A stretch of 63,896 nucleotides of DNA, the filler included, from a bacterium (GTDB lineage: Bacteria; JAJRZV01), in assembly GCA_024275095.1 (NCBI GenBank). It is 4 parts of 4 records of this genome, joined end to end, with 100 filler letters (N's around TTAATTAATTAA, not from the genome) between each part and the next. Parts side by side here need not be neighbours in the genome. Positions count along the whole stretch, not along the records: positions 38,485 to 50,345 come from JAJRZV010000094.1; positions 50,446 to 63,896 come from JAJRZV010000007.1; 2 more parts are not named here. One strand, given 5' to 3'. Below the pieces are notes generated by a model. It made no database searches, was not told the DNA's origin, and was given only the letters and a program-made list of their open reading frames with translations. Numbering within the stretch: the first letter of the stretch is position 1; every line of letters begins with the position of its first letter. Below are positions 41,118 through 50,446 of the stretch, piece after piece. The position numbers and the translations under genes were made by a program.

Positions 41118-41922
41118 CACCGTTACAGTTGTATACATTGCGGATGTTGTTGGAGAGGCGGGACGAAATGCACTCAAAAAACACTTCCCTGGTATTATCT
41201 CCCGATTTCACCCCCACCTGGTGATATGCAATGCGGAGAACGCCTCCGGGGGCTATGGTCTTACGGAGAGGAATTATCACGAGTTGATTCACCTGGGAAT
41301 AGACGTTCTTACCTCTGGGAATCATATATGGGATAAAAAAGAAATTATGGGGCATATTAATGCAATGGAGCGTCTGCTAAGACCTGCCAATTATCCCCCG
41401 GGGGTGCCGGGACGTGGTGCTATTATCATTCCTGTCAGGAATGAAGCAATTGATGTGGAAGTGGCTGTAATTAACCTGATGGGGCGGGTGTTCATGTTGC
41501 CTGTGGATTGCCCTTTTCAGACAATTGATGCGCTGCTGGAAGTGTTTCGTGCGCGGACCCCCCTGGTGATTGTTGATTTTCATGCGGAAGCAACCAGTGA
41601 AAAGCAGGCTTTGTCTTATTATCTGGACGGACGCGTCAGTGCAGTCATTGGTTCTCATACTCATGTTCAGACATCAGATGCGCGTGTGCTGGACGGCGGT
41701 ACGGGTTACATTACCGATGCCGGTATGACGGGCCCTGTAAATTCTGTGATAGGGATGGATATAACCCAGGCTGTGTCTCGATTTCTGTACACAATGCCGG
41801 GACGATTAAAAGTGGCTACCGGACGGTGCATGGTGCAGGGACTTATGCTTGAACTTGAGATCGAATCAGGCAGGTGTGTGAAAATAGAACCTTTTACATA
41901 TACCACTAAGGAAGGAGATTGA
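41107..41922 (+). CDS. ymdB: YmdB/TIGR00282-family metallophosphoesterase
   Basis: NAENASGG, TSGNHIWD, LRPANYP, DFHAEATSEK, GSHTHVQT; follows rny. Confidence 0.92.
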   Translation: MPDNTVTVVYIADVVGEAGRNALKKHFPGIISRFHPHLVICNAENASGGYGLTERNYHELIHLGIDVLTSGNHIWDKKEIMGHINAMERLLRPANYPPGVPGRGAIIIPVRNEAIDVEVAVINLMGRVFMLPVDCPFQTIDALLEVFRARTPLVIVDFHAEATSEKQALSYYLDGRVSAVIGSHTHVQTSDARVLDGGTGYITDAGMTGPVNSVIGMDITQAVSRFLYTMPGRLKVATGRCMVQGLMLELEIESGRCVKIEPFTYTTKEGD

Positions 41923-42054
41923 GGTACTCGATATTCAGCTGTTTAGTTATTGAATTATGTTCAAGTTAAATGCTTTTAGCAAAATTCAGCATGCTTGTCC
42001 TGTTTTATCCTACCTCTGTGCAACGAATGGATTGCCGGAATGGTGTGAAAGAAG

Positions 42055-43599
42055 TCAACTCTGTGTGGTGTTTCTCGTTGTTGCAACCCCGTATTTTTTC
42101 ATCTTGTAAATGAGGGTGGTTCGTTTGATATTCAAAATTTTTGCTGCACGGGAAATATTGTACCCCGCTTCTTCAAGGGCCCGTATAATTTCCTGGCGTT
42201 CGATGTTTCTCACTCTTGAGGGTAGATCTTCATGGTGTGAGGCCGAATCTTCTGAATTCTTTGAATAGGTTAACTCGCCGATATCCCTCAAACGGATGAG
42301 AGGTTCGGTACCCAATACCATGGCTCTTTCGAGCACATTTTCCAGCTCCCTCACATTGCCGGGCCACTCGTATTCTATAAGGCGTTTCATCGCTTCGTCT
42401 TCTATTCCTTCGAACCGCCTGTTAAGTTCGATGTTAAAGCGGGCGATAATGTGTTTGACGAGGTGAGGTATATCTTCTTTTCTTTCCCTGAGCGGCGGTA
42501 GATGAATGGATATGACATTAAGTCTGTAGTAAAGGTCTTCACGGAACAGGCCTTTTTCTATCATTTCTTCAAGATTTCTGTTGGTCGCTGCTATGATACG
42601 CACATCTACCCGGGTTGGGGTGGATGCCCCCAGTTTCTGTATTTCTTTCTCCTGAATGGCACGCAGTAGTTTCACCTGGACGGAAGGGGAAATATCCCCT
42701 ATTTCATCTAAGAACAGTGTGCCGCCGTGGGCCAGTTCAAAGCTTCCCTTTTTGGAAGCCGTTGCTCCGGTAAAGGCTCCTTTTTCGTACCCGAAAAGTT
42801 CACTTTCCAGCAGGGTCTCAGGGATGGCAGCGCAGGAAAGTTTGACAAAAGGTGCATTTTTACGGCGAGAGTACCGGTGAAGTGCCTTTGCAACAAGTTC
42901 CTTACCTGTACCACTTTCTCCGCGTATGAGAACATTGGCATTGCTTGGAGCTACTTTCTTGATGATGTCTGCAATGGCTTTCATTTTCGGACTTTCGCCG
43001 ATGACCAGCTCGTCTTCACCCTGATATTTTAACTGGTCACGTAGACTTCTATTTTCGTTTATGAGTTCCTGCCTTGAAAAAGCATTTTCCAGAGCAATGG
43101 CTGCAAGTGAGGCAATGACCGAAATAATTTCTTCATCGTCTCTTGTAAAGTAATAAGGTGGTACTTTTTTGTTAAGGGATTCAATGACACCCATCACGCG
43201 TCCGGCACGGTTACGTATAGGTACGCAGAGAATATTCTTTGTTTTGTATCCCGTTTGAGCATCCACGTTGCGGTAAAACCTGTTGTCCTGGTATGCATCT
43301 TTAATGTTCAATGTCTCTCCGTGAAGGGCGACATGCCCTGCAATTCCCGTTCCCATGGGAAGGCGTATTTCGCTGATCTCTGCCCCCTGTGCAATTTTTG
43401 ACCAGAGCTCGTTTTTTTCTTCGTCTATGATGAACAGCGACGAACGATCTGCTTCAAGAAGCTCGGTTGTTTTGTCCATGATAATTTCAAGAAGCTTGTC
43501 CACATTTGTTTCAGATGTGAGAAGCCTGGAGAGATTTACCAGCGCCTTGTAAGTGTTGAGACGTTCTTTTAACCTGGCATAAGCCATCAGTGCCCCCAC
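42055..43599 (-). CDS. GAF-domain sigma54-dependent enhancer-binding activator (Fis HTH)
   Basis: GESGTGKE, ESELFGYEKGAFTGA, LFLDEIG, WPGNVRELEN, C-terminal HTH; N-terminal GAF. Start may be ATG 43587. Confidence 0.95.
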   Translation of the reverse strand: MGALMAYARLKERLNTYKALVNLSRLLTSETNVDKLLEIIMDKTTELLEADRSSLFIIDEEKNELWSKIAQGAEISEIRLPMGTGIAGHVALHGETLNIKDAYQDNRFYRNVDAQTGYKTKNILCVPIRNRAGRVMGVIESLNKKVPPYYFTRDDEEIISVIASLAAIALENAFSRQELINENRSLRDQLKYQGEDELVIGESPKMKAIADIIKKVAPSNANVLIRGESGTGKELVAKALHRYSRRKNAPFVKLSCAAIPETLLESELFGYEKGAFTGATASKKGSFELAHGGTLFLDEIGDISPSVQVKLLRAIQEKEIQKLGASTPTRVDVRIIAATNRNLEEMIEKGLFREDLYYRLNVISIHLPPLRERKEDIPHLVKHIIARFNIELNRRFEGIEDEAMKRLIEYEWPGNVRELENVLERAMVLGTEPLIRLRDIGELTYSKNSEDSASHHEDLPSRVRNIERQEIIRALEEAGYNISRAAKILNIKRTTLIYKMKKYGVATTRNTTQS

Positions 43600-43676
43600 T
43601 TAAAAGATGTTTTCTACAATAAAATTTTAAAACACTTGGGTCTTTATGAGAAATTTAAAGATAGCAATTCCTATTG

Positions 43677-43705
43677 TTGACGAAGTGGGGTGTCGTTGAT
43701 ACTCT
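43677..43705 (+). promoter_or_regulatory. sigma70-type promoter of the cyclase operon
   Basis: TTGACG, 17-nt spacer, TACTCT preceded by TG (extended -10); ATG follows 10 nt later. Confidence 0.65.
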
Positions 43706-43715
43706 AAAGAGCATA

Positions 43716-46145
43716 ATGAAAGAACGACGCCACACCTTTGTCATCGTTACAATCAGTACGATTATTTTCACCGCTATTATGTATCTCTGGTTTATGGATT
43801 TAAACATTGGTTTTCATTTTTTTCGTGACCTTGATTTGAAGTTTTATGATGTATTTCTCAACCTCAGAGGACAAAGAGATGCAGATGAGCGCGTGGTGAT
43901 TGTGGCCATTGACGAAAAGAGCCTTGAACAGATAGGGCGCTGGCCGTGGAAGAGATCGGTTATCGCGGAAGGGCTGAAAGTTATAGAGAAAGATAAACCA
44001 AAGGCCATCGGGCTCGATATTGTGTTTGCGGAGCCTGAAAAGACCATCGGTATGGAAAAGATTGAAAATCTGGTTCGCGAACTGGAAACGGTTGTTGACC
44101 ATATAGAAGCAAAATTTCAGGCCCGCAAGAAAGATCTGCTCGGGCGCATGGAGGCTTTAACGAGGTCGCTGTATTTACTCAATCGCCATGCCCCGTCCTC
44201 ACTCCGCAAGCGAATTATATCCGTGGGGAATCAGGTCTCTTCCATCAACAAGCTCATGAAAGAACTGGACGTGCTTGAGGGCCTGAAAGAAGAGATGAGG
44301 CGGCAGCTTGGCCTGAGCGTGGGGAAGATGAACAACGATGAATACCTTGCCCAGACCATTTCTCAATATGACAACATAGTGCTCGGGTATTTCTTTTACA
44401 CCCGCCCGGAAGAGCTCAAAACAGTGGATTTGAGTAAGGTAAAAAAACTGGACAAATACATCCTTCAATCAAAAATTCCAGTGGTACTGGAAAAGGATAA
44501 AACAGTTCTCATGCCGTATAACATGCTGGCCATGCGCCCCAACATAGAAGTCATTTCCCGTGCCAGTAAGTATTCCGGCTTTTTCAATGCATTGCCGGAT
44601 AACGATGGAATATTCCGGCACGGCGTGCTTATTGCAAAGTACGGGGACTACTATTTGCCGTCTTTGTCCCTGGAAATGCTTGTGGTGGGACTTGGCGAGG
44701 AGCCCGTTCTCGCCCTGCTCAGTGAAGGTGCGTATTTGCGACTCGGTGATATCAGCATTCCCCTGAGCCTTAAGGGAGAAATGTTCATCAATTACCGGGG
44801 ACCCAAGGATACTTATGCAACAATCAGTTTTGCAGACCTCATAAATGGGAAAGTACCGAAAGGAACTTTTAAGGACAAGTACGTTCTTATCGGAGCCACT
44901 GCCACAGCGATATACGACTTGAGACCCACCCCTTTTGATAAAACATACCCTGGAGTAAAGGTGCATGCAAATATCATCGACAACATCCTCAATCGTGAAT
45001 TTCTCACGCGGGGATTTGGAGCGGATTTCCTTGCTGCAGCTGCCATGATTGTTTTCTGGATATTTATCACGGTGGTGTTTTCCAGGTTCAACGCCTTTGT
45101 AGCGGTGACATTATCGGTGGCAGCTCTTGCAGCTTACGTGCTCGCTGCATACTGGTCATTTACAGCCCAGCGATATGTCATTTCGGTTGTTTACCCGTCT
45201 TCAGTAAACGTTTTCTCGTTTGTGGCGTTACTGGTATTCAAGCTTCTTACCGAGGAGCGAACGAGGAAAAAATACCGAGAGGCGTTTCAGCGTTATGTAA
45301 GTGCATCAGTCGTGGAGGAAATACTTAAAGACCCGTCGAGACTGAAACTTGGAGGTGAAAAAAGAGACCTGACAGTACTTTTTTCAGATATCCGGGGATT
45401 CACGAATATTTCGGAAAGGCTTGACCCCATTCATGTTGCCAATGTACTGCACGAATTTCTTACCCCCATGACAGAGGTGATTTTTGATCATCTGGGCATG
45501 CTGGACAAATACATGGGTGATGCCATCATGGCAGTATTTGGAGCTCCTCTTTATCGGGAAGACCATGCGATATTGGCCTGCAGGGCAGCATTGACAATGC
45601 TTGATAGACTGGTAGAGATAAACGAAAAATTTCGACAGGAGAACCTTCCACCCATTAATATAGGAATTGGAATTAACTCTGGAGAAATGGTTGTGGGAAA
45701 CATGGGCTCCAGTATGCTGTTCGACTATACAGTGATAGGAGACGCGGTCAACCTGGGTTCACGGCTGGAAGGGCTCAACAAAATATACGGGACCAATATT
45801 ATCATCAGTGAGTTTACTAAAGAGAGAGCAGCGGAAGGTGGATTTCTTTTCAGGGAACTGGATCTTGTTCGTGTCAAGGGTAAAGACGAGCCGGTGAAAA
45901 TTTACGAACTTGTCAAGTTCGATGGCAGGGAAGATGCCTACCGGGAGGCCATACCTGTATTTGAAAAGGGATTGCACTATTACCGTAACCAGCGGTGGGA
46001 TCTTGCCGCAGAACATTTTGAAACGGTGATAGAAATTCTTGGGAAAGATGCACCAAGTCGTCTTTTTATTCAGCGGTGTCAGTGGTTGAAAGAAAACCCG
46101 CCCGGTGATGAATGGGACGGGGTATGGAGGTTTGAGACCAAATGA
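43716..46145 (+). CDS. CHASE2-domain class III adenylate cyclase with C-terminal TPR-like tail
   Basis: AIDEKSL...GRWPW (CHASE2), three TMs, FSDIRGFT, DKYMGDAIMA, DYTVIGDAVNLGSRLEG; Lys/Thr specificity residues point to ATP. Start moved to ATG 43716 because of the promoter position. Confidence 0.93.
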   Translation: MKERRHTFVIVTISTIIFTAIMYLWFMDLNIGFHFFRDLDLKFYDVFLNLRGQRDADERVVIVAIDEKSLEQIGRWPWKRSVIAEGLKVIEKDKPKAIGLDIVFAEPEKTIGMEKIENLVRELETVVDHIEAKFQARKKDLLGRMEALTRSLYLLNRHAPSSLRKRIISVGNQVSSINKLMKELDVLEGLKEEMRRQLGLSVGKMNNDEYLAQTISQYDNIVLGYFFYTRPEELKTVDLSKVKKLDKYILQSKIPVVLEKDKTVLMPYNMLAMRPNIEVISRASKYSGFFNALPDNDGIFRHGVLIAKYGDYYLPSLSLEMLVVGLGEEPVLALLSEGAYLRLGDISIPLSLKGEMFINYRGPKDTYATISFADLINGKVPKGTFKDKYVLIGATATAIYDLRPTPFDKTYPGVKVHANIIDNILNREFLTRGFGADFLAAAAMIVFWIFITVVFSRFNAFVAVTLSVAALAAYVLAAYWSFTAQRYVISVVYPSSVNVFSFVALLVFKLLTEERTRKKYREAFQRYVSASVVEEILKDPSRLKLGGEKRDLTVLFSDIRGFTNISERLDPIHVANVLHEFLTPMTEVIFDHLGMLDKYMGDAIMAVFGAPLYREDHAILACRAALTMLDRLVEINEKFRQENLPPINIGIGINSGEMVVGNMGSSMLFDYTVIGDAVNLGSRLEGLNKIYGTNIIISEFTKERAAEGGFLFRELDLVRVKGKDEPVKIYELVKFDGREDAYREAIPVFEKGLHYYRNQRWDLAAEHFETVIEILGKDAPSRLFIQRCQWLKENPPGDEWDGVWRFETK

Positions 46146-47002
46146 CAGCTTTACCAACGGAAAAGATTAAAGAAATTATGAAAAAAAGTTACCTCTTCCA
46201 GGCTTTTGATGAAGGCGAGCTGAACGAATTTCTTGAACGTGCCGGTGTGAAAGAATTTGCGCCCGGTGAAATAATTATTCGCGAAGGTGAAAAAGGCTCA
46301 TCCATGTTTTTTATAGTTGATGGTCAGGTTGAGGTATTTACCGACAGAGATGGAAGGCATTTTTTAGATATTTTGAAAACCGGCGATTTTTTTGGTGAAT
46401 TCAGCCTTTTTACGGGTGGTACCCGTCATGCAACTGTTAAAGCAAAAACAGAGGTTACGTGCCTGGAGATTTCACAGGATTTGTTCGAAGATTTCGCAGA
46501 AAGGAATGAAGAATTTTCAAAGGTTGTTGTGGATTTTTACAAAATTCGAGTGCTCGACACTCTGTTGGCCCACACAGAATTGTTCGGAATGTTGAGGCCC
46601 CACGAGCGTAAAGAAGTGCTGGCTTCTTTTGAGCTCGAGGTGGTGGATAAAGGAGTTGAAATCGTGCGGGAAGGCGAGGAGGGTGACGCTCTTTACGTGA
46701 TTAAGAGCGGTCGCGTGGAGGTGATTACGACGGACGCAGAGGGAAATGAGGTGAAAATTGCGGAACTGGGCGGCGGTGATTTCTTTGGAGAGATTGCTTT
46801 GATTACAGGGCGTCCCCGGACGGCTACGGTGCGAGCGATAACGAAAGTTCGCCTGATGAAAATGTCACGCGAGGCATTTGAGCAGATATGCGAGAGGTTC
46901 CCGGAAGTTCGAGTGAAGGCAGAGGAGATCGTGGAGAAGCGTGCTAAAGATACAATACACACACTTATTCATGCTGACCGCGGAAAGGCTGGTCGTCCGT
47001 GA
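46142..47002 (+). CDS. Protein with two cyclic-nucleotide-binding domains and no output domain
   Basis: GDFFGEFSLFTGGTRHATV and GDFFGEIALITGRPRTATV phosphate-binding cassettes. Confidence 0.92.
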   Translation: MTALPTEKIKEIMKKSYLFQAFDEGELNEFLERAGVKEFAPGEIIIREGEKGSSMFFIVDGQVEVFTDRDGRHFLDILKTGDFFGEFSLFTGGTRHATVKAKTEVTCLEISQDLFEDFAERNEEFSKVVVDFYKIRVLDTLLAHTELFGMLRPHERKEVLASFELEVVDKGVEIVREGEEGDALYVIKSGRVEVITTDAEGNEVKIAELGGGDFFGEIALITGRPRTATVRAITKVRLMKMSREAFEQICERFPEVRVKAEEIVEKRAKDTIHTLIHADRGKAGRP

Positions 47003-48494
47003 CTGTTCGGAATTAAAAAGATATCTGAAGGGAGAAGTTACCTCTCATGCAAATGTTACTGCTGCGTTACGAAATGTACTGAAAGAAATTTCTAAAAAAT
47101 TATCACTTCCTGGTTTAAGCGTGTACTCCCACCGGATGAAGTCTTTTATTATGGGGTCTGCCCCCAGGGCTCTAAAATACCAGCGATTACGTTTTTCGAC
47201 TCGGCCCGGAATTCGATTTCTCCGGATATCTGGTAATAACTCTCTGAAGAACTGGCCATATCTGGTGGTGGGCCAGGGAGTGCGGAGTTTCGTCCTTGTT
47301 CCCTCCAGAATTACCGATAATACCTTACCCATGCTGGAGAAATTTTCACGCGCGGCCCATCTGCTGGAGCCCCTTCTCTCCAGGTACCAGGAAGAATTCG
47401 TGCGCAAGCAGTTTCAGAGAGATATGGAATACGTGTTAAAGGTGGGTCTTATTCTCAATTCCACGCTTTCAAGGCGTACCATTATGAGGCGTGCTATGGA
47501 ATATATCACCGAACTCCTCAATGCCGAGGCAGGTTCCCTGTTGCTGGTGGACCATGAAAAAGGTGAACTCTATTTTGAAATAGCCCTGGGAGACAGGGGA
47601 GCGAGGGTAAAAGAGATACGCCTGAAGATTGGCGAGGGAATTGCCGGGTGGGTTGCCAAATCGGGTAAACCCACTGTCGTTAACGATGTGGAAAGAGATA
47701 AGAGATGGTACCGAAAAGCTGATGAAAAAACAAAATTCAGAACCCGAAACATCCTGTGTGTTCCTGTAAAGGTAAAAACTCGGGTGGAAGGCGTGCTCCA
47801 GGCACTGAATAAAAAGACAGGAGATTTTAACAATTACGACCTTAAAATCTTCCAGACATTTGCTGCCCAGGTGGCTATCGCCCTTGAAAATGCACGGCTT
47901 TATGAAGAGCTGAAAAATACGTTTATTGAGACAGCCGAGGCGCTTGCCACATCCATTGAAGCACGTGACCCTTACACAGGCGGGCATACCAAGCGCGTTG
48001 TGCATTACTCGCTTGCTGTAGGGCGCGAGCTTGGCCTGGACGAAGAAGAACTGGAACAACTTGAGGTTGCTGCGGTGCTTCATGATATTGGCAAAATAGG
48101 TGTGGACGATGCTGTACTGAGAAAGCCAGGAAAGCTGGAGCCGGACGAGCTTGCCCAGATGCGGCGTCATCCCGAGATCGGGGCGGACATTCTCTCCAAG
48201 GTGGAGGCCCTGAAGGATATTATTCCCGCGGTACTTCATCATCAGGAAGCATACAACGGTTCGGGTTATCCCATGGGGCTCAGCAATGACGACATTCCCC
48301 TTTTTGCACGGATTATTGCAGTGGTGGATACATTTGATGCAATGACCACTGACAGGCCCTACAGGAAGGCCTTGCCCCATGAGGTGGCCCTGGACGAGTT
48401 GAAAAGGTGTTCCGGCAGTCAATTTGACCCTCAGGTGGTTGATGCATTCATCCGCGCTTACGAAAAAGGAATGATAACAGGTTTGAAAGTCTAA
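46971..48494 (+). CDS. GAF + HD-GYP cyclic dinucleotide phosphodiesterase
   Basis: GAF (GEGIAGWVA...LQALNK), EARDPYTGGH, HDIGKIG, HPEIG, NGSGYP, DRPYR. Start uncertain (46941/46971). Confidence 0.9.
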   Translation: MLTAERLVVRDCSELKRYLKGEVTSHANVTAALRNVLKEISKKLSLPGLSVYSHRMKSFIMGSAPRALKYQRLRFSTRPGIRFLRISGNNSLKNWPYLVVGQGVRSFVLVPSRITDNTLPMLEKFSRAAHLLEPLLSRYQEEFVRKQFQRDMEYVLKVGLILNSTLSRRTIMRRAMEYITELLNAEAGSLLLVDHEKGELYFEIALGDRGARVKEIRLKIGEGIAGWVAKSGKPTVVNDVERDKRWYRKADEKTKFRTRNILCVPVKVKTRVEGVLQALNKKTGDFNNYDLKIFQTFAAQVAIALENARLYEELKNTFIETAEALATSIEARDPYTGGHTKRVVHYSLAVGRELGLDEEELEQLEVAAVLHDIGKIGVDDAVLRKPGKLEPDELAQMRRHPEIGADILSKVEALKDIIPAVLHHQEAYNGSGYPMGLSNDDIPLFARIIAVVDTFDAMTTDRPYRKALPHEVALDELKRCSGSQFDPQVVDAFIRAYEKGMITGLKV

Positions 48495-48568
48495 TTTTTT
48501 TACGTCTTTTCCTGGCTTGATGCGGGAAGTGCTTGAAAAAAAGGGAATTTTGTGTATATTAAACTCTT

Positions 48569-49177
48569 ATGTCTGTACTCAATACAAACGTTCTTGTACT
48601 TAACAGGTCATTTTTTCCCGTTCATATCACGACGGTTAAGCGTGCGTTCTGTCTCCTGGTGGCAGGGGCTGCCAGGGCAGTGGACGAACAGTTCAGAACC
48701 TATGATTTCAGCTCGTGGGCAGAGCTTTCCGCGTACAAAGGAGAAAAAGATGTTGTTGGACTTGTGGGCCGTACCATTCTCGTGCCCCGGGTCATTCAAC
48801 TTGTCACCTACGACCGTGTGCCGCCCAGGAGGGTGAAGTTTAACCGGTACAATATTTTCCTGCGGGATAACAACACGTGCCAGTACTGCGGGCGAAGGTT
48901 TCCGCGCAGTGAACTGAATATAGACCACGTAATCCCCAAGTCGCGGGGTGGGAAAACGGTATGGGAGAATGTTGTCTGTTGCTGTATTTCCTGTAACCGT
49001 CGCAAGGGTGGTCGCCTGCCGGAGGAGGCAGGAATGAAACTTCTCAAGAAACCCGTAGCACCGAAGTGGAGCTTTTCCCTTCTATTTCCTCGAGCCCCTG
49101 TATACAGGGAATGGGCTCCTTTCCTGAAGGTTATTGACGCGTCCTACTGGAGTGTCGAATTAGACCAGGACAGTTGA
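48569..49177 (+). CDS. HNH endonuclease
   Basis: VLVLN N-terminus; RDNNTCQYCG...IDHVIPKSRGG...WENVVCCCISCNRRKG. Confidence 0.93.
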   Translation: MSVLNTNVLVLNRSFFPVHITTVKRAFCLLVAGAARAVDEQFRTYDFSSWAELSAYKGEKDVVGLVGRTILVPRVIQLVTYDRVPPRRVKFNRYNIFLRDNNTCQYCGRRFPRSELNIDHVIPKSRGGKTVWENVVCCCISCNRRKGGRLPEEAGMKLLKKPVAPKWSFSLLFPRAPVYREWAPFLKVIDASYWSVELDQDS

Positions 49178-50094
49178 GGAAACGTAAAAGTCACATTATT
49201 GCCGTTGGCGGAGGTAAAGGCGGCGTAGGCAAGACATTAACCGCTGCGGGTCTTGCCGCTTCCCTTGCGGAGATGGGCCTTAGCGTTATTCTTATTGACG
49301 TGGACCTCGGCGGAAGCAATGTTCATACCCTTCTTGAGGTTGAACCGGAAGATGACTCCGCCACCATTACACGGTATTTTCGTGTCAAAGGTTCGCTTTT
49401 GGACGAGATTCTTTTGTCTACAGATTTTCGAGGTTTGAAGGTAGCGTGTGGTTCGCTTCACAATTATCGGCTGGTGAATCTGCCGTATTTTTCGAAACTC
49501 CGGTTCTTTAACGAGCTCAGACGTAAAGAGGTAGATTGTGTTGTACTGGATTTGGGTTCAGGTTCGGCCTATACAACCCTGGATTTTTTCGCCTTTTCTG
49601 ATACCGGTATTCTTGTAACAACTGTAGAGAAGACAGCGATAGAAAATCTCTATCGTTTTTTGAGAGGAGCATTTCTTCGAAAACTTCGCTTTGAGCTTGA
49701 AAAGTACGGAAGGGAAATTGTTGATACGGTCATGAACAATCCCGACCTGAAGCAGTTGCCCAATCCACAGGAAGTGATCAGCACCATTGAACATTTCTAT
49801 CCTCAATACGGTGATAGAATTCGGGATTTCCTTAAAACCGTGAAGGTGGGCATTGTGCTCAACATGATGGAGAGTCCATCTGAAGTACATATTGGAAAAC
49901 AGATGGAGAAAGCAGTTCGTGCTTATCTGGGTGTAGATGCAAAGATGCTCGGAGGGATAAGATATTATGAAGAAGTAAAGCGCAGAATGCGTATGGGGGA
50001 AGGAATGAAGAGTTTATGGCGCATCAGCGGCCTCCGGGAAGATATGGGCAGTATCGTTAAGACACTGAAAGGATGGATGGATAGGGACGGGTAA
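49174..50094 (+). CDS. MinD/FlhG/ParA-family P-loop ATPase
   Basis: GGKGGVGKT deviant Walker A, DVDLGGSN, LDLGSG. Confidence 0.88.
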   Translation: MRKRKSHIIAVGGGKGGVGKTLTAAGLAASLAEMGLSVILIDVDLGGSNVHTLLEVEPEDDSATITRYFRVKGSLLDEILLSTDFRGLKVACGSLHNYRLVNLPYFSKLRFFNELRRKEVDCVVLDLGSGSAYTTLDFFAFSDTGILVTTVEKTAIENLYRFLRGAFLRKLRFELEKYGREIVDTVMNNPDLKQLPNPQEVISTIEHFYPQYGDRIRDFLKTVKVGIVLNMMESPSEVHIGKQMEKAVRAYLGVDAKMLGGIRYYEEVKRRMRMGEGMKSLWRISGLREDMGSIVKTLKGWMDRDG

Positions 50095-50095
50095 G

Positions 50096-50345
50096 GTGAA
50101 GAAGCGGACTTTTTATGAATGGCTGGACATTGAGAACTGTGCCGATATTCACGCGGTGGAACGTGCATACAGGCAGATACTCGAAATACTTCGCAATAGA
50201 CACATTACGTATTTTTTAATGACAGAGAGAGAAAGAGAAGAATTCAACGCCCGGGCAACAATGGCTTATGAGATACTCAGTGATGAACGCTGCAAATATT
50301 TTTACGATCAGTATCTGGTAAAGTCCCGCAGGGGATTCCTGGATG
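50096..50345 (+). CDS. J-domain-like protein (3' truncated by contig end)
   Basis: TFYEWLDI...VERAYR...AYEILSDERCKYFYD matches the J-domain helix pattern, but there is no HPD motif. Confidence 0.6.
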
Positions 50346-50445
50346 NNNNNNNNNNNNNNNNNNNNNNNNNNNNNNNNNNNNNNNNNNNNTTAATTAATTA
50401 ANNNNNNNNNNNNNNNNNNNNNNNNNNNNNNNNNNNNNNNNNNNN
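50346..50445. other. Artificial contig linker
   Basis: N44-TTAATTAATTAA-N44. Confidence 0.98.
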
Positions 50446-50446
50446 C

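Noticed and set aside
43716-49177. Cyclase + CNB protein + HNH as a Pycsar/CBASS-like anti-phage system
   Set aside because: The cyclase is a membrane CHASE2 sensor type with ATP-specifying residues, the CNB protein has no TM/TIR effector, and the HNH gene has no sensor domain and appears to have its own promoter.
23445-50445. Three identical TTAATTAATTAA palindromes in N runs, and apparent gene neighbourhoods across them
   Set aside because: These are artificial six-frame-stop contig linkers; ORFs ending in X...LIN and cross-gap synteny are artefacts.
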